This document shows, one piece after another, positions 51,790-64,000 of a DNA stretch of 64,000 bases. The translations under genes were made by a program, and so were the position numbers. Under the pieces are notes generated by a model that ran no database searches, was not told the DNA's origin, and saw only the letters and a list, made by a program, of their open reading frames with translations. Source of the stretch: Ilumatobacteraceae bacterium. GTDB lineage: Bacteria; Actinomycetota; Acidimicrobiia; Acidimicrobiales; Ilumatobacteraceae. Location of the stretch: positions 154,443-218,442 of the forward strand of contig CAWFLK010000021.1 of assembly GCA_963816635.1 (NCBI GenBank), in the 5' to 3' direction. Position 1 is the stretch's first letter. Each line of letters opens with the position of its first letter.

Positions 51790-52020
51790 CTCGGCGGGTG
51801 ACACGATGGAGTTGAAGTTCCCGCGGCGAGGGGTTCACCTGGCGGGGGCCGGCCCGTTTCTCTTTCGGGGGGTCCCCGACCAAGGAGGGGGCCAGAATCA
51901 GGACCCAAGGTTCCAAGGCCACCCATGCGGGGGGGGTGAGCTCGCGGGCGCCCCCCATCGGGGGCGGCCCGTTTGAGAGGTGGAGGTTTTCCCCGGGGGC
52001 GGCTCCAGGTGAGCGGCGCC
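51790..52020. other. low-complexity G/C-homopolymer-rich block
   Basis: ...CGTTTCTCTTTCGGGGGGTCCCC ... CATGCGGGGGGGGTGAGC ... GCCCCCCATCGGGGGCGGCCCGTTTGAGAGG ... TTTTCCCCGGGGG. This composition is unlike anything else in the window. It lies between the convergent glnD and glnB ends. Confidence 0.5.
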
Positions 52021-52023
52021 GAG

Positions 52024-53762
<1,739 letters not shown>

Positions 53763-54038
53763 CTCGCCGGCGAGGTAGGTGACGAAGAACTTCTGACGGT
53801 CCCGGTCGCGGAGCCGGTCGCGCGAACGGCGGTCTCACGCCGCGGTGGTCCAGCCCGAGGGCCATCGTCTGCATCTCGTCGCTCCTTGTCCCGGCGCGCC
53901 CGTTGCGCGACGACGATGCGAACGTAGAGACGGTTGGTGTCGGCACTGTCTCGGGGATGTGAACGGCGCGTTTCCAAACCTCGGCGAGCGGCCCTGACCA
54001 GGCGCGGCCCCGAGCGCCAGCACGTACGCTCCCGGCGC

Positions 54039-54747
54039 ATGGTTGCGCACGCGATCACGCACCTCGTGGCGATCGCCGGCGCCCGACGCGACCACGTACC
54101 CGAACTGGTCGTCATGCTCGGCGTCAGCCACCTGCGGGTGGTAGCGGTGAGCATCGGGCGCCACCTGGTGCCCACGCTCGACCGCCATCGTCCCGACGCC
54201 GTCGTGATCGACCACACCGGTGGCCACTTCGATGTCGGTCGGGTGTGTCGTGACCTCCACGAGTCGATCGACGCCCTGGTCGTCGTGGTCGGCACTCCCG
54301 AGGACGTGGCGAGTGACGAGTGGGTCGCCGACGTGCTGAAGTCCGGCGCCCACGACGTGGTGGACCCGACGATGTCGGTACGCGTGCTGCGCGCCCGTCT
54401 GCGCGCCGCCCTGCGCAGCGCCGGGCCGCGGGCGCGGCGGATCGAGTGCATCGCCCTCGGTGACGTCGACATCGACGTGGCGGCACGGGCCGTGCGGGCG
54501 GCGGGGACACCGGTCGGCCTGCCGCCGCGGCAGTTCGACCTGCTGGTGGCGCTCGCCCGCAACCCGAACGTCGTGGTGTCCCACGGCGAGCTGCTGGAGG
54601 CTGTGTGGCGGTTGCCACCCGATGCGGGATCGCGTCCGTGTGCGGGTGGCGGCGAGCGGGCTGCGCCGTTTGCTCGGGCGGGCCCCGCGCCGGCCCCGGG
54701 TCGAGGCGGTCGCCGGGATCGGGTACCGACTGAGCGTCCCGGCCTAG
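54039..54747 (+). CDS. orphan OmpR/PhoB-type winged-helix regulator with atypical receiver-like N-terminal domain (GlnR-like), apparent frameshift near 54640
   Basis: The C-terminal ...GLPPRQFDLLVALARNPNVVVSHGELLEAVW and (next frame) RVRVAASGLRRLLGR ... GIGYRLSVPA form a trans_reg_C-like wing. There is no adjacent kinase. The gene is divergent from amtB. The GlnR assignment is an inference from the genomic context. Confidence 0.5.
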
Positions 54748-55562
54748 GGCAGGCGCACGGAATCACCGTCGAGCGTCACCAGACGGTCGGCCACGAGCCC
54801 GGCGACGATCCGCGGCTCGAACGACGCCCGCGGGGCGGGCCCGCGCGGAGCGTCGCCAGGACCCGGCCACGCGCCTGGCGGTCGCTCCCCTCGAAGCGGC
54901 CCTGCGCCGTGCTCACGCCGGCCGACCCGTGCGCCGGGTCGGGCAGGGCGTTGCCGCCCAGGCGCCACCGACACCCGGCTCCGACCGGGCAGGCGTCGCA
55001 CCGCGGCGCCGGCCGGCACACCGTGGCGCCGAGGTCCATCAGCGTCTGGTTCCACGCCCAGCCGGCACCGGCGGGCACGAGCCGATCGGCGGCGTCCTGG
55101 GCGTCCGCCGCGGTGAGCCGTCGCCCAACGCTGCGGGCGAGCACGCGGGCGATGTTGGTGTCGACCACCGCGACGTCGCGCTCGTAGGCGAACGCCAGCA
55201 CGGCGCGGGCGGTGTACGGACCGATGCCGGGGAGGGCGACGAGCGCGGCCAGATCGTCGGGCACGCGGCCGCCGTGGCGTTCGATCATCACGGACGCCGC
55301 GTCGTGGAGGTTGCGGGCGCGGCAGCGGGTAGCCGAGGTCGTGCCAGACCCTGAGCACGTCACCGAGAGGGGCGCCGGCGCACGCCCCGGGCGACGGGTA
55401 CGCCGACAGGAAGGCCTCCCATTTCGGCACGACGCGCTCCACCTGCGTCTGCTGCAGCATCACCTCCGCGACCAGCACCCGCCACGGATCGCGGGTTCGG
55501 CGCCACGGCAGGTCGCGCAGCCGCGGCACGCCCCAGGCGAGGACGGCGGCGGGATCGATCAC
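54744..55562 (-). CDS. HhH-GPD DNA glycosylase with 4Fe-4S cluster (MutY / endonuclease III-like), two apparent frameshifts
   Basis: PWRRTRDPWRVLVAEVMLQQTQVERV ... is in one frame. LPGIGPYTARAVLAFAYERDVAVVDTNIARV ... CRPAPRCDACPV..C (the HhH-GPD and Cys4 cluster loop) is in ORF 54776..55363. Confidence 0.75.
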   Translation of the reverse strand: MIDPAAVLAWGVPRLRDLPWRRTRDPWRVLVAEVMLQQTQVERVVPKWEAFLSAYPSPGACAGAPLGDVLRVWHDLGYPLPRPQPPRRGVRDDRTPRRPRARRSGRARRPPRHRSVHRPRRAGVRLRARRRGGRHQHRPRARPQRWATAHRGGRPGRRRSARARRCRLGVEPDADGPRRHGVPAGAAVRRLPGRSRVSVAPGRQRPARPGARVGRREHGAGPLRGERPPGAWPGPGDAPRGPAPRASFEPRIVAGLVADRLVTLDGDSVRLP

Positions 55563-55576
55563 GATCGTCGGTCGTC

Positions 55577-56089
55577 TACTCCCACGCCGCGTCGACGTCG
55601 TAGGGGCGGGGCCGGCCCGGGGCGGCGTCGCGCTTCCACACCATCACCCGGCGACGGAAGTAGCACACCTCCTCGCCGTCCTGGTTGAAGCCCTTCGACT
55701 CCACCGTCACCACGCCGCGGTCGGGACGAGACGCCGACTCCTCTGACGTCGAGCACGCGCGTCTCGGCGTGGATGGTGTCGCCGTGGAACGTCGGCGACT
55801 TGTGCTGCAACGTCTCCACCTCGAGGTTGGCGATCGCCGATCCGCTCACGTCGGGCACGCTCATCCCGAGCACGACGGAGTAGACGAGGTTGCCGACCAC
55901 CACGTTGCGCCCCTGCACGCTTTGCGCCGCGAACCAGTCGTTGGTGTGCAGCGGGTGATGGTTCATCGTGATCATGCAGAACAGGTGGTCGTCGTACTCG
56001 GTGATCGTCTTGCCCGGCCAGTGCCGGTAGACGTCGCCGACGACGAAGTCCTCGCAGGTATCGGCCGAACGGCCGCTCGTGCACGGTCA
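55577..56089 (-). CDS. MaoC-like (R)-specific enoyl-CoA hydratase, hot-dog fold, two apparent frameshifts
   Basis: MTVHERPFGRY... then (frame 2) ITMNHHPLHTNDWFAAQSVQGRNVVVGNLVYSVVLGMSV ... TFHGDTIHAETRVLDV, then the C-terminus in a third frame. Confidence 0.65.
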
Positions 56090-56124
56090 TCCTCGAACCC
56101 TAGGTCTGTGCCCGCGAGCTCGCC

Positions 56125-57456
56125 TCACTGTCGCCGGCGAGCGGCCCGCGGCGGGTCATCCTGGCCGTCGCCGTTGGACGAGGTGGCGTCGGATCCGTCG
56201 GTCGGCGCGGCGTCGTCGCCCGCCGCGGCGCCGCGTCCGCTGGTCTGCTCGCTCGGCGGCTTCGGCCACGCCCGCATGAGGAAGTCGACCTTCGACTCGC
56301 CGTCCTCGCGGTAGCCCTGGGCGAGGACGCGCAGCCGCGTCAGGCGATCGCGCCGCTCGATGCTCCACGGGCCGAAGCGCAGCGATGTGTAGAAGCAGGC
56401 GCCGACGAGGATCGGCAGGAACACCTGCATCAGTCGGTACGAGGCGACGCCGAGCGTGGCGTTCGAGCGCGTCAGGCCGAAGCCGACGAGCAACGGGATG
56501 TAGACGGCGTCGACGATGCCGAGGCCGCTCGGCGTGATCGGGATCACCGCCGTCACGTTCGCCAGGCCGAACGTGACGAGCAGCGCCACCGGCTCGAGCG
56601 GATGACCCTCGTGCGGAACGCCTCCAACATCACCCAGAGCGACGCCGCGTCGAGCAGCCAGTTCACCGTCGCCCACAGCACCACCTTCTTCAGCATCTGC
56701 TTGTCGTCGATCAGCTCCTCCATGCGCACGCCGACCTGGCGCAGCGCGGCGGCACACCCCGCCGCCGTCGAAGTGGAGCTTGACGGCGAACCACTGCACG
56801 ATGCGCTCGGCGCGCCCCTGCCCGTGCACCAGCCCGGCGACCAGGGCCACGGCGAAGAGCATCACGACGACACCGGCGAGGGCGCCGATCGTGTAGGCCG
56901 CGTTCACCCCGTAGATCGGGATCGACACCATCAGCGCGAACCAGAAGATCAGGTTGAGCACCACCGCCGAGCCGATGCCGGCGGTGCCGAGGGCGAAGCC
57001 GGCGTCGGCCCCTTTGATCCCCGACAGCGTCATCAGGCGGTACCCGAGCGCCGAGCCGGCGGCGCTGCCGCCGGGCACCACGTTCGACAGCGCCTTGGTG
57101 CTCATCTGGATGCGGAACATGCGCATCCGCGAGATCGTCTGGCCCGCCTCGCCCAGCGCCGAGCGGGTGAGCAGCGAGTAGGCCCACCACGCCCCGACCT
57201 GGAGTGCGAGCCCGCTGACGAGCAGGAGCGGGTTCACGGTGACGAGGTCGCCGGCGGCCTTGCGGTACCCGGGGATCAGCGGCAGGACGAAGAAGTAGAG
57301 GCCGAGCGCCAACAGGAGCGTCTTGACGCCGAGGCGCACCGGCTTGAACGGCTTGCGGTTGATCGGCCGCGACGGGTCGCGCACGATCGGCGGCAGCTCG
57401 CCGGGCTCGAAGCGCGGGCTCGGGTCGAGGTACTGCCGCGCCGGCTCCGAGCTCAC
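56125..57456 (-). CDS. lysylphosphatidylglycerol-synthase-TM-like (YbhN/UPF0104) integral membrane protein, apparent internal frameshifts
   Basis: The protein is polytopic with a cytoplasmic Arg/Pro-rich N-terminus. The central roughly 60 codons of the listed ORF are an Arg/Gly-rich off-frame segment. Confidence 0.5.
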   Translation of the reverse strand: MSSEPARQYLDPSPRFEPGELPPIVRDPSRPINRKPFKPVRLGVKTLLLALGLYFFVLPLIPGYRKAAGDLVTVNPLLLVSGLALQVGAWWAYSLLTRSALGEAGQTISRMRMFRIQMSTKALSNVVPGGSAAGSALGYRLMTLSGIKGADAGFALGTAGIGSAVVLNLIFWFALMVSIPIYGVNAAYTIGALAGVVVMLFAVALVAGLVHGQGRAERIVQWFAVKLHFDGGGVCRRAAPGRRAHGGADRRQADAEEGGAVGDGELAARRGVALGDVGGVPHEGHPLEPVALLVTFGLANVTAVIPITPSGLGIVDAVYIPLLVGFGLTRSNATLGVASYRLMQVFLPILVGACFYTSLRFGPWSIERRDRLTRLRVLAQGYREDGESKVDFLMRAWPKPPSEQTSGRGAAAGDDAAPTDGSDATSSNGDGQDDPPRAARRRQ

Positions 57457-57517
57457 CCTTCCTTGCTACACGATCCGGCCGAACCGAGCGAGCCACGGCC
57501 GGGCGGCGGAGGTGGGG

Positions 57518-58153
57518 TCAGGCGCGGTCGCGATCGAGCCACTTCGGGGCGGTCGGCGGCGCCGGGTCGCCGACGAGGCGCACGGCCTCGTCCACCGAGC
57601 CGGCCGTCTGCGCCATGGCGCGATGGGCCGGGCGCAGCAGCCCGGACTCGGCCGCCCGGTCGAGGAACGCGAACAGGTCGCGGTAGAGTCGCCGACGTCG
57701 AGGAACACCACCGGTACGGCCACGATGCCGAGCTGGTTCCACGTGAGCACCTCGAACGCCTCGTCGAGCGTGCCGAAGCCACCGGGGAGCACCACCACGG
57801 CGTCGGCCAGCTCGGTCATGCGCGCCTTGCGCTCGTGCATCGAGGCGACGACCTCGAGCGTGGTCGAGACGAGGGTGGGCGATCTCCGAGGCCACGAGTT
57901 GATCGGTGATCACGCCGGTGACCGAGCCGCCCGCCGCCAGGGCGGCGTCGGCGACCGCACCCATCAACCCGACGTGCCCGCCGCCGTACACGACCTCGTG
58001 GCCGGCGCCGGCGAGGGCCGTGCCGAGGGCGGTGGCGGCGGCCAGGAAGCGCTCGTCGTGCCCGGGGTTGGAGCCGCAGTAGACGGCGACGCGGGTCGGA
58101 TGGTCCGGCACGGCGGCGAACTGTACGCACGGCGGGCCAGTTCGCCGACGCAT
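57518..58153 (-). CDS. LOG-family cytokinin riboside 5'-monophosphate phosphoribohydrolase-like (TIGR00730) protein, two apparent frameshifts
   Basis: [16 protein letters not shown] ... [17 protein letters not shown] ... then in ORF 57466..57840 ...[27 protein letters not shown] (PGGxGTxxE motif). Confidence 0.65.
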   Translation of the reverse strand: MRRRTGPPCVQFAAVPDHPTRVAVYCGSNPGHDERFLAAATALGTALAGAGHEVVYGGGHVGLMGAVADAALAAGGSVTGVITDQLVASEIAHPRLDHARGRRLDARAQGAHDRAGRRRGGAPRWLRHARRGVRGAHVEPARHRGRTGGVPRRRRLYRDLFAFLDRAAESGLLRPAHRAMAQTAGSVDEAVRLVGDPAPPTAPKWLDRDRA

Positions 58154-58182
58154 CCGCGGCCCGTCGCGCGGCCACGACTACG

Positions 58183-60540
58183 TTGGCTCCGACATGCAGA
58201 CGCGGCACCCTGCGCCACCGCGTCCCGCCGCGCCGGAGCACCCGCAGCGTCCGTCGCCCCTCCAGCGGCGACCCCTCGAGCGCCGTCCGCCGGGCGCACC
58301 GCGGTCGGCCCCTCGCCGACGCGGCCGACGCCGAATGGTCCGCCGCGCCCTCGCCGGCCACGCCGCCACCGACTTCCGGCCCGACATCGAGGGCCTGCGC
58401 GGCGATCGCCGTGCTCGCCGTGGTGCTCTACCACGTCCGCCTACCGGGCGTGCGGGGCGGGTTCGTCGGCGTCGACGTGTTCTTCGTCGTGTCCGGCTTC
58501 CTGATCACGCGCCTGCTGCTCGCCGAGCTGGCGACGACGGGCACGGTCTCGCTGGCAGCGGTTCTGGGCCCGCCGGGCTCGCCGCATCCTGCCCGCCGCC
58601 ACGCTGACCGTGGTCGTCACCGTGGTGCTCGCGCAGCAGCGTGCTGGCACCGCTGCCGCTGCCGGCGCTCGCCGCCGACGCCATCGGCGCCGGCACGTTC
58701 ACCATCAACTTCGTGTTCGCCCACCGCCTCGGCGACTACTTCGGCGCCCAGCTCGGCGCCACCGACCCGTCGCCGCTGCTGCACTACTGGTCGCTGGCGG
58801 TCGAGGAGCAGTTCTACCTGTGCTGGCCGCGCTGCTCGTGCTGCTCACCCGCCGGCCGCGCGCAGTACCGCCGGCTGCTCGCCGTCACCGTGTCGCGTGC
58901 TCGCCGCGATCGGCTTCGTCGTCGGGATGTGGCTCACCGACCACCGCCCGTCGTGGGCGTTCTTCCTGCTGCCGGCGCGGATGGGCGAGCTGCTCGCCGG
59001 CGCCGCGCTGGCCGTCGCCGCCGGCGCGCGTGCTCCGGCTGGCCGCACCGTGGCGCGCCGCGCTCGGGTGGGCCGGCCTCGCCGGCATCGTGGTCGCCTG
59101 CTCGATGCTCGACGAGTCGGTGCCGTGGCCGGGGCGGGCCGTGCTGCTGCCGGTGCTCGCCACGATGGCCGTGATCGTGTCGGGCACGGCGCCGATGACC
59201 GTGCCGTGGGCACCCCTGGCGCGTCCTGCGGCGTCCCGTCGCTGCAGTGGCTCGGCCGCCACTCGTACGCCCTGTACCTCTGGCACTGGCCGGCTGCTCG
59301 TGCTGGCGCAAGCCGCGCTGGGGTCCGCTCACGTGGCCGGAACGGATCGTGCTGGTCGGCTGTCGCCGTGGCACTGTCGGCCGCGTCGGTGCGCCTCGTC
59401 GAGGACCCGGTGCGCCACTCCCGCTACGCTGTCGGCCCGCCCGGCGCGTCTCGCTGGCGCTCGGCGCGGCGCTGTGCGCGGTCACCGTCGGCGTCGGCGT
59501 GCAGACCTGCGCTCGTCGGTCGGCGCCCTCGACGGCGGTGTCACGGCGGCCGCGCCCGATCTCGCCGCTGGCGCGGCCGTCGTCGCCGCGCGGCACCGAC
59601 CACCACGGTCGCCGCCACCACCGACCACGATCGGCAGTGCCACCACGATCGCCACGACCGGGGCGATCGGCCGACGACGCTGGCCACGCCCGACCCGCCG
59701 AGCGGTCGACTCGCCGGCTCGTGGCGTCGACGCAACGGGCGCTGCAGTCGTCGTCGGGCCCGGCGGCGGTGCCGACCAACCTCGATCCGTCGCTCGCTGC
59801 CGCCCGCGACCGCTCGGCGCCGTACGACGACGGCTGCGTGAACGTCGGCGTCAACCCCCGCCTGCAGCCGTGCGAGTACGGCGTGACAGGACTCCGCCCG
59901 CACGATCCTGCTGTACGGCGACTCCCACGCCGTGCAGTGGTTCGAGCCGCTGCAGCAGATCGCCGCTCGCAGCGCGGCTATCGGCTCGTGGTCCTGATCA
60001 AGGGCGGGTGCCCGGTCGCCGCCGTCGACGTGCCGACGCCGAACCTGCACTTCACCTGCCCGCCGTACCGCGACCGGGCGATCGACTGGATCGCCGAGCA
60101 CCAGCCGGACCTCGTCGTGGTGGCGAACTCCTACACGCAGTACCCCGCCGACGCCGACGAGTGGGCCGCCGGCACCGACGAGACGATCGGGCGGCTCGCC
60201 GACGCGTCGACCGCACGTGGTGGTGATCGGCGACAACCCGGCGAGCACGGTCGACCCGCCGGCCTGCCTGTCCGGGCACCTCGACGACACCTCGGCCTGC
60301 GCCACGGCGCGCGACGACGCGATCCGGCCCGACCGGATCTCGGCCGAGGTCGCCGCGGCCCGCGCCCACGGGGTGCGCTTCGTCGACACCACCGACTGGT
60401 TCTGCACCGGCCACCACGTGTCCCAGCCGTCGTCGGCAACGTGCTCGGTGATGCGCGACGAGACGCACGTCACCGTCGCCATGGCCGAGCTGCTCGAGCC
60501 CCTCCTCGACGCCGCCCTGGCGCCGTCGTTGTCGTAGCGG
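58183..60540 (+). pseudogene. acyltransferase-3 family (OatA-like) membrane O-acyltransferase with C-terminal SGNH domain, many apparent frameshifts
   Basis: AAIAVLAVVLYHVRLPGVRGGFVGVDVFFVVSGFLITRLL is the AT3 N-terminus. ...LLYGDSHAVQWFEP... is the SGNH block I. ...VVVIGDNPASTVDPPACL ... ETHVTVAMAELL is the C-terminus. The pieces are scattered over at least five listed ORFs. Confidence 0.55.
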
Positions 60541-60581
60541 TCGGACCGCGCTGCGGCGGCGAACGCCTGCACACTGGGGCG

Positions 60582-61180
60582 ATGCCGGACCTCGACCCCA
60601 AGGCCACCTGCATCGCTACCTGCAGTCGTCGCGCGACGCGCTGCTGTGGAAGCTCGACGGGCTGTCGGAGTACGACGTCCGCCGGCCCCTGGTGCCGACC
60701 GGCACCAACCTGCTCGGGATCGTCAAGCACGTCGCGAGCGTCGAAGCCGGGTACTTCGGCGACACCTTCGGCCGCCCGTTCCCCGACCGTTGCCGTGGTT
60801 CGACGAGGACGCCGAGCCCAACGCCGACATGTCCGCCACGCCGGACGAGTCCCGTGAGGACATCGTCGGGCTGTACCACCGGGCCTGGGCCCACTCCGAC
60901 GCCACGATCGACGCCCTCGGCCTCGATGCCGCCGGGCGGGTGCCGTGGTGGCCCGAGGACGTGCGCGACGTGACGCTGCACCGCATCCTCGTGCACATGA
61001 CCACCGAGACCGCCCGTCACGCCGGGCAGGCCGACATCGTGCGCGAGCTGATCGACGGCACCGTCGGGCTTGCGCGTCGGCAACGACAACATGGCGCCGC
61101 TCGACGCCGACCGATGGCGCCAGTACCACGACCGGGTCGAGCAGGCCGCCCGTGCGGCCGGCGGGGTTACCCACGAGTAG
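60582..61180 (+). CDS. DinB/YfiT-like (DUF664) four-helix-bundle metal-binding protein, apparent frameshifts
   Basis: ...LLWKLDGLSEYDVRRPLVPTGTNLLGIVKHVASVEAGYFGDTFGRPFP ... WAHSDATIDAL ... LHRILVHMTTETARHAGQADIVRELIDG. Confidence 0.5.
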
Positions 61181-61190
61181 CTTCGACTCG

Positions 61191-62800
61191 ATGTCGCCGG
61201 CTCCCACCGACCTCGCCGCCGTCACCGCCCTCGTCGACGCCAGCGACGCGGCGATCGGTCGCGCCACGGCGCGACTCGCCGAGCTCGGCGGCCCCGACGC
61301 CGGTCAGTCCCTGGCCTACGACCTCGCCCACGCCGCGTCGGCCGCCACGATGGCCCGGGTGCTGCTGCGCGTACGGCGCCCGCTGGCGAGACCGAGGGCG
61401 AGATCGCCGCGGCGTTCGCCGCCGATTGCGCCCACGACCTGATCGCCCGCCGCACCGGGCGCGAGCACCTGCTGGGGTGACGACACCTTCACCGCGGCCG
61501 ATCGCGAGACCCTGGCCCGCCACCGTGACCCGGCCCGACTCGCCGCGCTCGCCGAGTCGCCCGGAGCCCGCCATCTCGACGACGACATGGAGATGGTGCA
61601 GGACACCTTCCGTGCCTTCGCCACCAACGTCGTGCGACCGCACGCCGAGCACGTGCACCGCACGAACGGCGACGTGCCCGAGGAGATCATCCGCGGCGTC
61701 GCCGATCTCGGCGCCTTCGGCCTGTCGGTGCCCTCGGCCTACGGCGGGTTCTCCGAGGGCGGCGACGACGAGTACCTGGCGATGGTCGTCGCCACCGAAG
61801 AGCTCAGCCGCGCCAGTCTCGGCATCGGCGGCTCGCTGATCACCCGGCCCGAGATCCTCACCCGCGCCCTCGTGAAGGGCGGCACGGAAGAGCAGAAGCA
61901 GCACTGGCTGCCCAAGCTGGCGTCGGCCGAGGCGATGGTGGCGGTGGCCGTCACCGAGCCGGACTTCGGCAGCGACGTCGCCGGCCTCACCGTCACGGCC
62001 ACGCCGGCGCCGGGTCCGGGCGGCGCCGCCGGGTGGGCGATCAACGGGGTGAAGACGTGGTGCACGTTCGCCGCCCGAGCCGATGTGCTGATGCTGCTCG
62101 CCCGCACCGACCCCGACCGCTCGAAGGCGCACCGTGGCCTGAGCCTGTTCGTCGTGCCCAAGCCCCAGGGTGACGGCCACGGGTTCGAGTTCACGCAGGA
62201 GGCCGTCGACGGCCGGATCGGGCGCATCTCGGGACGGCCCATCGACACGATCGGGTACCGCGGCATGCACAGCTACGAGGTGGCGCTGGAGGACTGGTGG
62301 GTGCCCGCCGACCACCTCATCGGCGGCGACGCCGGCCTCGGCCGCGGCTTCTACCTGCAGATGGAGGGCTTCGAGAACGGACGGCTGCAGACCGCGGCGC
62401 GCGCCGTCGGGGTGATGCAGGCGGCGTACGACGCGGCCCTCGACTACGCCCGCGAGCGCACGGTGTTCGGCGCCCGCGTCGTCGACTACGAGCTCACCCG
62501 CGCCAAGCTCGGACGGATGGTCGTGCTCGTGCAGGCCTCACGCCAGAGCGCCTACCACGTCGCCCGCCTGATGGCCGCCGGCGGCGGCGCCACCGAGGCG
62601 AGCATGGTCAAGGCGTACGCCTGCCGCGCCGCCGAGTGGGTGACCCGCGAGGCGATGCAGATCCACGGCGGCTTCGGCTACGCCGAGGAGTACCCCGCCA
62701 GTCGCCTGTTCGTCGACGCCCGCGTGCTGTCGATCTTCGAGGGCGCCGACGAGACGCTGTGCCTGCGCGTGATCGCGAAACGGCTCCTCGACCGCGCGAG
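61191..62800 (+). CDS. acyl-CoA dehydrogenase family protein with N-terminal extension, two or three apparent frameshifts
   Basis: An open frame from about 61474 to beyond 62800 (absent from the supplied ORF list) encodes MEMVQDTFRAFATNVVRPHAEHV ... AVTEPDFGSDVAGL ... GVKTWCTFAARADV ... QIHGGFGYAEEYPASRLFVDARVLSIFEGADE. These are ACAD signatures. The N-terminal roughly 90 codons are in other frames. Confidence 0.75.
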
Positions 62801-62966
62801 CTGCGACGGTGCCGGATCCGGTCGGCGCCATCTGGTGCGACTCTCCGTCGGGGGTCCGGAGGGCGGTAGCTGGTGCGGCGGCACAGGCGAGCTTGCTCGC
62901 CGCCGCCAGCAGCTGGTGCGGCGCAGCCGCTCGACGAGCTCGCCGAGCGGAGCGAAGGTCGAAACG

Positions 62967-64000
62967 CTACTTGGCGCGGGCCTTCTTGACGCCGTCCTCG
63001 AGGTGGCGGGGCAGCACGTCGTAGTGGTCGTGGACCGCTTCGAAGCGCCCGCGTCCACCGGTCATCGAGCGCAGGATGATCGCGTAGCGCTGGATCTCGG
63101 CGGACGGTGCGGTGGCCACGATCTCGTGCATCCCGTCGCCGGTCGAGGTGCTCGACACGACGCGCCCGCGCCGGGCGTTGAGGTCGCCGAGGACCTCGCC
63201 CTGGTAGCCGTCGGGCACCGTGATCGTCAACTGCGACACCGGCTCGAGGATCACCGGGTCGGCCTTGGCGAGCGCTTCGCGCAGGCCGCTCGCCGCGGCG
63301 GTGCGGAACGCCATCTCGGACGAGTCGACGGAGTGGAACTTGCCGTCGAAGCACACCACCTTGACGTCGACCACGGGGAAGCCGAACGCCCCGCCCGACG
63401 ACATCGCTTCGTCGACACCGCGCTCCACGGCCGGGATGAACTGGCGCGGGATCGATCCGCCCACGATCGAGTCGACGAAGCTGCTGCCCTCGCCGCGAGC
63501 GACCGGCTCGACGCGGAGGTTGGCCACCGCGTACTGGCCGTGCCCGCCGCTCTGCTTCTTCACCTTGCCCTCGGCCTCGGCGCGGCTGGCGATGGTCTCG
63601 CGGTAGGCGACGGCGACATCGCTCGTGTCGACGTGGACGCCGAACTTGCGCGCCAACCGCTCGAGGGCGACGGCGAGGTGCATGTCGCCGAGCCCGCGCA
63701 GCACGGTCTGGTGGGTCTCCTCCGAGCGGTCGACCGCCAGCGTCGGATCCTCGCTGCACAGGCGGGTCAGCGCCGCCGACAGCTTGTCGTCGTCGGACTG
63801 CGTGACCGGCTCGAGGGCCAAGCCGTAGTTGGGCACGAACGACGGGGCGGCGGCGACGTGAACGGGGCGGCCGGGCGCGGACAGCGTCGTGCCGGTCGGC
63901 GTGTTGGTGAGCTTGGCCACGCCGCCGATGTCACCGGCGACGATGCGGTTGACGGTGACGTGGTCGCGCCCGCGCACGTGGAACAACGAGTGCAAGCGCT
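62967..64000 (-). CDS. fusA: elongation factor G paralog, C-terminal domains III-V (partial: the 5' end lies beyond the window end)
   Basis: ...GDMHLAVALERLARKFGVHVDTS ... KKQSGGHGQYAVANLRVEP ... MAFRTAAASGLREALAKADPVILEPV ... are collinear with EF-G domains III-V. No str-operon neighbours are present. Confidence 0.85.
   Translation of the reverse strand, partial: RLHSLFHVRGRDHVTVNRIVAGDIGGVAKLTNTPTGTTLSAPGRPVHVAAAPSFVPNYGLALEPVTQSDDDKLSAALTRLCSEDPTLAVDRSEETHQTVLRGLGDMHLAVALERLARKFGVHVDTSDVAVAYRETIASRAEAEGKVKKQSGGHGQYAVANLRVEPVARGEGSSFVDSIVGGSIPRQFIPAVERGVDEAMSSGGAFGFPVVDVKVVCFDGKFHSVDSSEMAFRTAAASGLREALAKADPVILEPVSQLTITVPDGYQGEVLGDLNARRGRVVSSTSTGDGMHEIVATAPSAEIQRYAIILRSMTGGRGRFEAVHDHYDVLPRHLEDGVKKARAK

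Overview
This 64-kb window is a high-GC (about 70%) actinobacterial-type chromosome segment that is densely coded on both strands. I found no rRNA, tRNA, CRISPR array, or transposase/integrase gene. Throughout, 'likely' calls rest on motif and family recognition by eye, not on database hits.

From start to end the window holds the following. A partial MBL-fold hydrolase gene (1-457) is followed by a 42-bp interrupted palindrome (509-550). Two translationally coupled HpcH/CitE-like lyases (559-2408) sit next to the divergent birA-accA pair, where accA is a biotin carboxylase with a fused BCCP domain. Then come EamA-family transporters, an LpdA-like flavoprotein, lysS, dapD, an O-methyltransferase, a stand-alone LigD polymerase-domain gene, RidA and a class II aldolase. 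A long minus-strand operon (16003-26914) encodes myo-inositol uptake and catabolism: substrate-binding protein, permease, ATPase, an iolC-DUF2090 fusion, iolB, a Gfo/Idh/MocA dehydrogenase, iolD, iolG and an iolE-like gene. Nearly every junction in it is a start/stop overlap. A cluster of membrane proteins follows (a PLDc_N-SHOCT micro-protein coupled to MscS, a rhodanese-ThiF MoeZ-like gene, flotillin, aquaporin). After that come cobB, pepA, metH, YceI, ArsC-like, MFS, DUF4031, HD, DUF3039 and NUDIX genes, ybaK, and a fasciclin-domain gene. The 3' third contains a nitrogen-regulation locus with glnD convergent to amtB-glnB plus a divergent orphan OmpR-type regulator. It ends with mutY-like, maoC, LOG, AT3-SGNH acyltransferase, DinB-like, acyl-CoA dehydrogenase genes and a partial EF-G paralog.

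The most interesting signals are two families of short palindromic repeats that occur as inverted pairs around roughly 1-kb single-gene units.
- Family 1 is a roughly 52-bp element with a 22-bp hairpin core and conserved flanks GATTTCCACAAGCA and TCGCGCCCCAGAATC. One inverted pair (13188-13239 and 14087-14138) brackets a signal-peptide protein gene. A second pair sits head to head with only 20 bp between the copies (30715-30838), which looks like an empty version of the same unit.
- Family 2 is a 46-52-bp near-perfect palindrome. Two inverted copies (46901-46952 and 47993-48038) bracket a frameshifted AbiEi-N/DUF559 endonuclease-like gene that sits between nudix and ybaK.
This arrangement looks like a non-autonomous MITE-like element that can carry a passenger gene. 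The alternative is a set of operators for an unknown regulator.

Other notable points are a degenerate roughly 395-bp tandem duplication at the cobB start (35194-35985), and a G/C-homopolymer low-complexity block (51790-52020). There are also very many single-base frameshifts in conserved genes, and they become denser toward the 3' end. That gradient points more to sequence-quality problems (or local gene decay) than to biology, so all pseudogene calls below are provisional.
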